Shown here: positions 1-7,688 of the stretch, piece by piece
Numbering within the stretch: position 1 is the stretch's first letter
How the letters are laid out: each line of letters begins with the position of its first letter
Assembly (NCBI GenBank): GCA_014728035.1
Contig: WJMJ01000078.1
Coordinates: 96,001 to 160,000, forward strand
Reading direction: 5' to 3'
Origin: Promethearchaeota archaeon
GTDB taxonomy: Archaea > Asgardarchaeota > Thorarchaeia > Thorarchaeales > Thorarchaeaceae
Length of the DNA stretch: 64,000 nt
Notes under the pieces: model-generated
The model's database searches: none
What the model was told of the DNA's origin: nothing
Seen by the model: the letters and a program-made list of their open reading frames with translations, nothing else
Program-made: the position numbers and the translations under genes

Positions 1-1
1 C

Positions 2-928
2 TGGAAGTTTTATTTCCATGGTGCTGATGTGATTTTTCTAGTCTGTGATTCTTCTTTGCGAAACGTAATTGTAAGCAAAGACATTATGAAACTCATTCGT
101 AGAGATGCACCAAAAGTGCCACTATTTGTCATTGCCAATAAACAAGACAAACCAAATGCAATGCGTCCTGAAGTCATACAGAAAATCCTTGGCGTACCAA
201 CATATCCAATGGTAGCAGTGGACAAGAGTCGTCGTGATGAGATGCTCCGAATTCTGATGAATGCCGCTGCACAATATGTAGGAGTTACTCTTCCGGACCT
301 TCCAGCAACTGAGATTCTCAGATTTACTGACGAATTGTCAGAAGAGATTGCTCAGCTCGAAGGAATAGACGACTTACATGAAGAAGAAACCTCAGATGAA
401 GAGGAATTGGAAGATGAAGATGAATATGAAATAGTTGAGGTTCTCGTTGATGAAGATGGACATATTATAGATGAAGAAGATATGGACGATGGCGAATACG
501 AGATTGTTGAAGAATATATTGAGGAAACTGATGGAGAATATGTGGCCGAAGCAGATGAAGAAACTAAAAAGGATCCGCTCAAAACAATATCTGAAGCACT
601 AGAAGCTGATGAGGATTTTGAATCAGAGATTGAAATGGTTTCTGAAGAAGAAATTGAAGAGAGTCTTAAGGCACTAAAGAGTGACGAGGTCGGGGACATC
701 TCCACTGAACAACATCCTAGTGAAACCATATCCACAGGTACTATCAGAGAGTTAGAGCAAATTCTTGGAGTAATGGAACCTGTACGTTTGACAGAAAATG
801 AATCACCAGATGATGAAGTAGAAAGACCACTTTCCATAACAAAACAGACAATTTCCGACTTGGAACAAATTCTTGGAAAAATGGAACCGGTCAATCTGCA
901 TAATGAAGATGACGAAGATTCAGAGTAG
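2..928 (+). CDS. Arf-like small GTPase with long acidic C-terminal tail (5' truncated by window edge)
   Basis: Frame is open from base 2: WKFYFHGADVIFLVCDS (Arf switch II/beta4-like), G4 ANKQD, then about 200 aa of D/E-rich tail. Confidence 0.8.
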   Translation, partial: WKFYFHGADVIFLVCDSSLRNVIVSKDIMKLIRRDAPKVPLFVIANKQDKPNAMRPEVIQKILGVPTYPMVAVDKSRRDEMLRILMNAAAQYVGVTLPDLPATEILRFTDELSEEIAQLEGIDDLHEEETSDEEELEDEDEYEIVEVLVDEDGHIIDEEDMDDGEYEIVEEYIEETDGEYVAEADEETKKDPLKTISEALEADEDFESEIEMVSEEEIEESLKALKSDEVGDISTEQHPSETISTGTIRELEQILGVMEPVRLTENESPDDEVERPLSITKQTISDLEQILGKMEPVNLHNEDDEDSE

Positions 929-994
929 TTTGTAATCTGCCTCACTCGGAAGCTTGATTTGCTATAAGCAATTTTCATTTCCTGTGGTTATCTC

Positions 995-1354
995 GTGAAA
1001 ATAGAAGATGTCGAACCTGACAAAAGCGTACCTGAACTGATTGTCCGAGTTATTTCAGTAGCTCCTCCGCGAATCATCACAACACGTGGTGGAAGGAAAA
1101 CACAGTTAACTGAGGTATTAGTAGCTGATGAAACAAAAAGAGTTGTGCTTTCCCTTTGGGGTTTTGGAAAGGCGTCTGACTTATCTGCTGGAAAAATAAT
1201 AAAAATTACCAATGGATGGGCGAAAGAATGGAAAGGTAAACTTCAACTTTCTCTTGGACGTTCTGGAAAATTCGAAGAGGTAGATGACGATGAAACTCTT
1301 CCGAGTTTAAACGAACTAATGTCTATTCCCAGTAAAGTTTCTTCAGAGGAATAA
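995..1354 (+). CDS. Single-OB-fold ssDNA-binding protein (SSB/RPA-like)
   Basis: VADETKRVVLSLWG...IKITNGWAKEWKGKLQLSLGRSG matches the crenarchaeal SSB OB-fold pattern. Confidence 0.85.
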   Translation: MKIEDVEPDKSVPELIVRVISVAPPRIITTRGGRKTQLTEVLVADETKRVVLSLWGFGKASDLSAGKIIKITNGWAKEWKGKLQLSLGRSGKFEEVDDDETLPSLNELMSIPSKVSSEE

Positions 1355-1382
1355 CCACAATTCCAAGGAGGTTGTTTGATCG

Positions 1383-1871
1383 GTGCAGATTTATCTCTCT
1401 GGCCCAATCATTCACAAACATCTTAGACGTGATGAGTTCTACAAAAAAGTTACAGAAAGTCTTGAAATGCAAGGACATGGTGTCTTCACACCACAATTCA
1501 TGCCTCCAACAGATGCAAGAGCAATCTATGAGCGAGACTTTCAATGGGTCATGGAAAGTGATTTGATTCTTGCCGAGGTCTCAAAACCGTCTTTGGGAGT
1601 GGGTATGGAACTCATGCTTGCAGTTCTTGAGAAAAAACCAGTACTTGCCTTTTATGAAGGGAATATCAAAATGCTTTCAAAAATGGTTCGAGGTGCAGAT
1701 GGTATCACTGTAATTGAGTATTCTAATACTGATGAAGTAATTGAATTCATTACGCAACATGATTTTGAATCAATGGTCTTAAAGAAATGTTCAAAGTGCC
1801 AATCATGGATACTAGAAAAAAGAGATAACTCGTTCCTTTGTATTCTCTGTGACACAGAAGTACCGGTGTGA
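1383..1871 (+). CDS. Nucleoside 2-deoxyribosyltransferase family (DNPH1/Rcl-like) with C-terminal zinc ribbon
   Basis: IYLSGPI, IYERD, AEVSKPSLGVGME, LSKMVRGA; C-terminal CSKC...CILC. Confidence 0.8.
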   Translation: MQIYLSGPIIHKHLRRDEFYKKVTESLEMQGHGVFTPQFMPPTDARAIYERDFQWVMESDLILAEVSKPSLGVGMELMLAVLEKKPVLAFYEGNIKMLSKMVRGADGITVIEYSNTDEVIEFITQHDFESMVLKKCSKCQSWILEKRDNSFLCILCDTEVPV

Positions 1872-2819
1872 TTGATGGCTGAATCATATCTCCCAGAGGA
1901 TATCAATAGGTTTCAAATTATACTACTTCTAATTCTATCTGTTTCGATGGTTTCTAGTGCCAGTATTCTAATCCGGTTCAGCACGTCTAACCCATTGGTT
2001 ATCGTATTTTGGCGCACATTATTTGGGGGTGTTCTTATGGCAAGTGCGGGTTTGGCGCGAAATGACTTTAGAAAGAGTTATCCCATAGTCAGAAAAAGAT
2101 GGAAATGGCTGTTAGTAATTGGAGTGATTCTATCACTTCATTTTTCATTTTGGTTCACATCTCTGTTTCTAACAACAGTTGCTGCAAGTGTGGTGCTTGT
2201 AAATACATCACCTATTTTTACTGCCATACTCTCCACATTGGTTCTAAAAGAAGCACTAGGGACACGGTCATGGATTGGCGTAATAACTGCTGTAATTGGA
2301 TCAATTATCTTAGCTTTTACGGATCTAAATATAATAGGGATTGACGCATTATTTGGAGATATTCTAGCCTTGTTAGCGGGATTATTTCTTGCGTTATATT
2401 TCATTGGTGGCCGGAAATATGCCAAGGGATTACCAATCACTGTTTATACCTCAATAATATATTTCACAGCCGCCCTTGTGACCCTTGCAATATGTGTTTT
2501 TAATGGAGTAAATGTGCTAGTATTGGAATTTTCAGAATATCTGATATTCATCGCATTGGCAATATTCCCAACAGCATTAGGCCATTCAGTAAACAATTAT
2601 TTGCTTACATTAGTTCCAGCATATGTTGTATCATCCGCGGTACTTGGGGAACCAATCGGAGCTACTATTCTCGCCGCGGTTTTCCTTGGGGAAATACCTT
2701 CAACTGTAACGTTCATCGGATTTGGAATTATTCTGTTAGGTATTGCCCTGGTTCTGGTGGACATAGCCGCCAGAACACGAGGAAACAAATCATCCCTTGA
2801 TAACACCGATAGGTCTTAG
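1872..2819 (+). CDS. EamA/DMT family transporter
   Basis: About 10 TM segments, SPIFTAILS...LKE, LGEPIGATILA; start may be ATG 1875. Confidence 0.85.
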   Translation: MMAESYLPEDINRFQIILLLILSVSMVSSASILIRFSTSNPLVIVFWRTLFGGVLMASAGLARNDFRKSYPIVRKRWKWLLVIGVILSLHFSFWFTSLFLTTVAASVVLVNTSPIFTAILSTLVLKEALGTRSWIGVITAVIGSIILAFTDLNIIGIDALFGDILALLAGLFLALYFIGGRKYAKGLPITVYTSIIYFTAALVTLAICVFNGVNVLVLEFSEYLIFIALAIFPTALGHSVNNYLLTLVPAYVVSSAVLGEPIGATILAAVFLGEIPSTVTFIGFGIILLGIALVLVDIAARTRGNKSSLDNTDRS

Positions 2820-4241
2820 TCGAACTGCAGTCGTTGCAATACCAAGGGCATCAGAAACTTTTACAACTTCATCAACATCCTTGTAAGCTCCTGGGGCTTC
2901 TTCAGCAATCACAACAGCTTTTGTGGATTTGACGATAATGCCATCACTTGCAAGGTCTTTTTGAACATCTTTGCCATAGAATTGTTTCTTAGCTCTTGTC
3001 CTACTCATGAGTCGTCCTGCTCCATGTGCTGTTGAACCAAATGTTAATTCCATACCTCTTGGGTTTCCAACCAATATGTAGGAGGCAGTACCCATTGTGC
3101 CAGGAATTAAAACGGGTTGTCCTATTTTCTTGTAAGCTGAAGGAGTTTCAGGATGTCCAGCTGGAAATGCACGGGTTGCACCTTTTCGATGGACAACTAC
3201 CTTGGTCTTTTTCCCTTCAATATCGTGTTCTTCGACCTTGCCCATATTGTGAGCAACATCATAAATCAGCTTCATATCGAGGTCTTCAGGAGATGAACCC
3301 ATAACTTTGGAAATTGCTTCTCTTGTCCAGTGCATCATAGTCTGTCTATTTGCCCAAGCATAATTAGCAGCTGCACTCATCGCAGCAAGGTAATCTTGTC
3401 CTTCTGAGGATGTGGTTGGAGCACTACATAACTCTCGTTCTGGAACCTGTATGTTATACTTTCTCATGGCTTTAGTCATAATCTTGATATAATCACTACA
3501 GACTTGGTGGCCTAGACCTCTTGAGCCACTATGAATCATAACAGTGACCTGACCCTCTCGTGTGATACCCATAGCTTTTGCTGCTGCTTCATCGTAAATC
3601 TTATCGACCAGTTGAAGCTCTAGAAAATGATTGCCCGACCCAAGGGTGCCTACCTGACTCATACCTCGTTTCTTTGCATGCTCAGATATTTTCGATGCGT
3701 CTGCAATCTCTAAGTTTCCTCGCCCTTCTGTATGATCAAGGTCTTCATCCCAACCATAACCATTTTCCACAGCCCATTTCGCCCCATTATTCAGAACATC
3801 TTCCACACCACGAAATCCTTGGAGACTGATTTTCCCAGAACGTCCGACACCTGTGGGTACATCGTTAAAGAGTCGATCGATTAATTCTCGTATTTTTGGC
3901 CGTACATCGGATTCGTCCATATTTGTTCGCAAAACACGAACTCCACAATTTATGTCATAGCCAACTCCACCAGGAGATATCACACCCGTTTCGTAATCAA
4001 GAGCTGCTACTCCACCAATTGGAAATCCATATCCTTGATGACCATCAGGTAGAACAATGCTGTGGGAATAGATGCCTGGAAGACATGCAACATTGGTTCC
4101 CTGTGTAAAGGTCTTATCTTGCTTCATTTTGCTAACTAGTGCGGCTGAAGCATGAACATGAACAGGTACATTCATGCATTTTTTAGTTCCTTTTGGAATC
4201 TCATAGATGTTTTCAGCTATCTTTTTGATTTCCACTATCAA
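2790..4241 (-). CDS. rtcB: RNA-splicing ligase RtcB
   Basis: PDGHQGYGFPIGG, GYDINCG, GSGNHFLE, HSGSRG, HRKGAT, STAHGAGR, EAPGAYK. Confidence 0.97.
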   Translation of the reverse strand: MIVEIKKIAENIYEIPKGTKKCMNVPVHVHASAALVSKMKQDKTFTQGTNVACLPGIYSHSIVLPDGHQGYGFPIGGVAALDYETGVISPGGVGYDINCGVRVLRTNMDESDVRPKIRELIDRLFNDVPTGVGRSGKISLQGFRGVEDVLNNGAKWAVENGYGWDEDLDHTEGRGNLEIADASKISEHAKKRGMSQVGTLGSGNHFLELQLVDKIYDEAAAKAMGITREGQVTVMIHSGSRGLGHQVCSDYIKIMTKAMRKYNIQVPERELCSAPTTSSEGQDYLAAMSAAANYAWANRQTMMHWTREAISKVMGSSPEDLDMKLIYDVAHNMGKVEEHDIEGKKTKVVVHRKGATRAFPAGHPETPSAYKKIGQPVLIPGTMGTASYILVGNPRGMELTFGSTAHGAGRLMSRTRAKKQFYGKDVQKDLASDGIIVKSTKAVVIAEEAPGAYKDVDEVVKVSDALGIATTAVRLRPIGVIKG

Positions 4242-4385
4242 TCAATCCTCTATCTGAAAGATACATCTCGCCACTTCTGCTATAAGGCTTGTGACAGGAC
4301 TACTAAAACTGAGGACTTATTTTGAATATTGAACCACAATCTACTGGGACAATCGTCCACAGTAAATAGGAGGTAGAATGACCTA

Positions 4386-5420
4386 GTGCCTAAACCTCGG
4401 CTAACAACAATGGTAACTTCGCACGGATGAAGCTGTAAGGTCAAACAGGATGATCTAACAAGATTACTTCAACAAGCTGGATTGCTTCCAGAAGATAAGA
4501 CCTGTTCGGATCAAGTTGGAGATGATGCAGTCGCTCAGATCTTGAGTGATAATATTGCGGTAGTAGAGAATGTAGATGTCTTCACACCGATTCACGACGA
4601 CCCATATATCCAAGGTGAAATCGTTGCATGCAATGCCTCCAATGATGTATTCGCTATGGGTGTAACCACATTGGTTTCTCTTCAAGCCTTTCTAGCTTAT
4701 CCAAAGAGTATGGATGAAGAGGTGATTGTAGATGTGCTTCGTGGAATGAATGACTTCATGGAACGCCTGAATTCCAAAGTAACTGGTGGACAGACTATAA
4801 AGAATCCATGTCCAGTTTTTGGCGGTGTATGTTTAGGTGTTATACATCCAAAGGACATCATCTATTCAAAAGGAGCCCGTCATGGAGATATCATCCTCCT
4901 AACAAAACCTCTTGGAATTCAACCCGCAATGAGGTCATATCGTGACCTTCAAGATGAGAAGAGAACTAATCTTCTTGCGGAATTCGACGAAGAGGAGTTA
5001 TGCAAAATGCAGGAAACTGCTGTAAAAATTATGACTCAAAGCAATCTCGAAGTTGCTCGGGTTATGAGAAGCATTGGTGTTCATGCTGCGACAGATGTCA
5101 CTGGATTCGGTGTTTTGGGCCATGCCCAAAATGTCGCAACTCTCAGCGAAGTCCAAATAGAAATCGAAAGTTTGCCTGTTATCAAAGGAACCTTGGAACT
5201 CGCAGAATTCTTTGGACACAAACTTGCAGCAGGATTAGGTGCAGAAACAGCGGGAGGAATGCTGGTATTCTTACATCCTGAAAAAGTCGATGCATTTCGA
5301 TACGAGTTGCGTGAGTTTGGATTACCTTGTTGGCCTATTGGACACGTAACAAAAGATTCCGATGCACCTTCAGCTTCGTTGGCTGAAGGTATAGAGTTCA
5401 TAGAGACCGATTTCCCGTGA
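4386..5420 (+). CDS. selD: Selenophosphate synthetase, selenocysteine-containing (in-frame TGA 4428-4430)
   Basis: GTG 4386 gives MPKPRLTTMVTSHG-U-SCK (catalytic U-x-C-K motif), in frame with ORF 4482: GDDA, NVDVFTP, NDVFAMG, GGQT, LTKPLG, TDVTGFG, ETAGG; SD AGGAGGT at 4368-4374. Confidence 0.95.
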
Positions 5421-5423
5421 ACA

Positions 5424-5449
5424 TCACTTGAAACCTAAAGGGGAAGTGA
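5424..5449 (+). promoter_or_regulatory. Candidate SECIS element in selD 3' UTR
   Basis: TCACTT-GAAA-CCT-AAA-GGG-G-AAGTGA: stem, GAA-containing internal loop, 3-bp upper stem; lies immediately 3' of a Sec-containing gene. Confidence 0.7.
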
Positions 5450-5491
5450 GTGAGGATAGCCGAAGCAATCGGACGGTCTCACTATTTTTTT
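5449..5491 (+). terminator. Hairpin plus T7 tract (terminator or second SECIS-like hairpin)
   Basis: AGTGAGG/TCTCACT and CCGA/TCGG stems followed by TTTTTTT. Confidence 0.5.
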
Positions 5492-5509
5492 CAATAGAAA
5501 ACACTGATA

Positions 5510-5674
5510 TCATTCTAAAAGATGATTGAGGCGATCAAAGATTTCTGTAATACCCTCTAGACTCTCCAAATCAATCTCGGGGTCCATAAACTTTCGTATT
5601 TCGATAAGCTCGTCGACGTTCTCTTCATGAAACAGCCAGAATTCTTGTTGGATTTGCTCTTTTGCTTTTGACAT
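5510..5674 (-). CDS. Small acidic hypothetical protein (54 aa, below ORF-track cutoff)
   Basis: Hand translation MSKAKEQIQQEFWLFHEENVDELIEIRKFMDPEIDLESLEGITEIFDRLNHLLE*; fills an otherwise empty gap. Confidence 0.6.
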   Translation of the reverse strand: MSKAKEQIQQEFWLFHEENVDELIEIRKFMDPEIDLESLEGITEIFDRLNHLLE

Positions 5675-5710
5675 GACAAGTTCACTTCGTTTATATTATC
5701 TATCTAATAA

Positions 5711-5764
5711 TTCGTTATTTGTCGATATAACTTCTTTGGAGAATGTTGGTTCGTTATTTGTCGA
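5711..5764. repeat. Perfect 15-bp direct repeat TTCGTTATTTGTCGA x2, putative operator
   Basis: Copies at 5711-5725 and 5750-5764 in a divergent promoter region. Confidence 0.7.
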
Positions 5765-5866
5765 ATTTTTACCGTTTTGGGTCTGCTTACCTTAGGTTTA
5801 ATACGATAAACATTAAATCACCATATCGTATAGAGAAATCAATACCTTCAGTGTAGGTGAAAGAAC

Positions 5867-6568
5867 ATGAAGATAGTCGTCACTGGGCCATACGAAGCTG
5901 GAAAGAGCAAAATGATTCACACCATAACAGACGGTGCGTGTATCAATATTGAACGAAGAGGAACTACTATTGCAATGGATCACGGTCTTGCTAACGTAGA
6001 TGGCATGAGTGTCTTTATGTTTGGTACTCCTGGACTTTTGCGGTTTCGTACAATGCGAAAAATACTAAGCTCGGGTGCAGATGGTATCATTTTTGTAGTA
6101 GACTCCGTGGACCCAGAGGCTGATGCTCGTGCACGTCTCTTTTTCCGTGAGATTGCCTTTTTCCTTCCAGGTGTTCCTTGTATTGTTGCTGCAAACAAGC
6201 AAGATGCTGAAGGTGCAAGACATGTCGATGAACTCCGAAAACGGATGAGTTTTCTAGCGGGTGTGCCTGTAATACCCTGTTCTGCAGAAACAGGTGAAAA
6301 TGTTGATCGTCTGTTACGAACATTGCTCTATCTAACAATGATGCAATGGAGTTCTGTATTTTCGAAATTTGCAGAATATAGTGGAAATGAACAAGGGCTT
6401 AGTAAGCTTATGGATGACCTTAGTCTGCCCAGAGACCAAGCTGTAGGTTATCTAAGACGTTTTGAACTTAGAAAATTGCTAGAAGTTGCCGTTGGAGATG
6501 AGAGCTTTCATGTCAAAAAGGAAATTCATCCCATATTGGAGAACCCAGTTCTTATTATGCGCCGCTAA
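5867..6568 (+). CDS. Small GTPase (MglA/CvnD-like) with C-terminal wHTH-like extension
   Basis: GPYEAGKS, TTIAMDHG, FGTPGL, ANKQD, CSAETG; about 75 aa helical C-terminal extension. Confidence 0.85.
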   Translation: MKIVVTGPYEAGKSKMIHTITDGACINIERRGTTIAMDHGLANVDGMSVFMFGTPGLLRFRTMRKILSSGADGIIFVVDSVDPEADARARLFFREIAFFLPGVPCIVAANKQDAEGARHVDELRKRMSFLAGVPVIPCSAETGENVDRLLRTLLYLTMMQWSSVFSKFAEYSGNEQGLSKLMDDLSLPRDQAVGYLRRFELRKLLEVAVGDESFHVKKEIHPILENPVLIMRR

Positions 6569-6636
6569 TGTGCAGTCAGAAGGATTCAAAAGTAATATCG
6601 CAGCGCGTACAATTCAGAGTATGAGAGGTTATCCTC

Positions 6637-7491
6637 ATGAGTGATAATGAAATCGATTTAGACCCAACGGAACTTATGGAACAAGGTGAGGCTGCTTTTG
6701 AAGCCGGAGAGAAAGATATCGCCGCTAAAATCTTCAATACAGCCGGAAATGTCTATATGTCACTCGCTGAATTTGAGGGTGCCTTAGAATGTTTCGAGCG
6801 TTCTGTTGAGATTTTCAAGGAACTAGATGATGAAACGGGTATTAGCGACACCCTCTACAATCTTGGAGTAGCTCAAATAAATTTGGAACAATGGGATGAA
6901 GCTATTCTAACTTGTGAAAAAACCATGGAGAAGTTTGAAGCAGTAGATAATGAAGAAGGGACTGCAGATGCAATGTACGCTCTAGCTCTCGCTTATCACG
7001 GAAAAGGAAAAACCGACACTGCTATGGACTATTTCAAAAAAGCTCAACGTGCATACAAGAAACTTGGTAATGAACAGGGTGTTGTAAGTATCATTATGGA
7101 TATTGGGAATGTTGAAGCTGAACAAGAGAATTGGGCACAAGCCACTAAAACATTCAAAAAAGCACTCAAAATATATCAAGAACTTGATGATAAAGCTGGA
7201 ACAGCAGATGCGCTTTCACTTCTGGGAGATATTGCGGAAATTCAGGGAAAACAAAAGCAAGCTGCTGAATATTTCACCGAAGCTTCTGAGTGCTATCTTG
7301 AAGCAGAAATATACGATATTGCAAGAGAGGTATTCGAAAGAGCTGAACAGAAGCTTTGGGATATACCAAAGGCAACCAGACGTAGATTACGCAAGGTATT
7401 GGATAAAATATACGACAGGCTTCCAGAAGAGGAAGATGATGACGACGACGATGACGAAGATTTTGACGAAGATCTGCTAGAATTTCAGTAA
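6637..7491 (+). CDS. TPR-repeat protein with acidic tail
   Basis: About 40-aa repeats (LYNLGVAQ, MYALALAY, IMDIGNVE, LSLLGDIA); poly-Asp C-terminus. Confidence 0.85.
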   Translation: MSDNEIDLDPTELMEQGEAAFEAGEKDIAAKIFNTAGNVYMSLAEFEGALECFERSVEIFKELDDETGISDTLYNLGVAQINLEQWDEAILTCEKTMEKFEAVDNEEGTADAMYALALAYHGKGKTDTAMDYFKKAQRAYKKLGNEQGVVSIIMDIGNVEAEQENWAQATKTFKKALKIYQELDDKAGTADALSLLGDIAEIQGKQKQAAEYFTEASECYLEAEIYDIAREVFERAEQKLWDIPKATRRRLRKVLDKIYDRLPEEEDDDDDDDEDFDEDLLEFQ

Positions 7492-7688
7492 AAGTAGTCT
7501 TTCATGGTGGGAGAGGGGAGAGCTTTTCACTACTTGGGCTACACATTTTCAAAATAGGTTTTGCATCTACTAATTACTTCCATATACAATAGGATAAAAT
7601 GGATTAATGCGAAATCACTCATGATATTCAACCTCAATCCAGCAAAACCATATTTAGAAGGATGAACATCAAGTCAGTGGAGTGAATA

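Noticed and set aside
352-978. 208-aa Ser-rich minus-strand ORF
   Set aside because: Antisense shadow of GAA/GAT-rich acidic coding sequence
1869-1874. Single in-frame TGA between the DNPH1-like and EamA ORFs, as possible Sec readthrough
   Set aside because: Both flanks are complete unrelated domains, there is no Cys-equivalent context, and GGTGTGA doubles as the SD for the next start
7425-7472. GAY/GAA trinucleotide run
   Set aside because: Encodes the poly-Asp/Glu tail of the TPR protein; not an independent repeat
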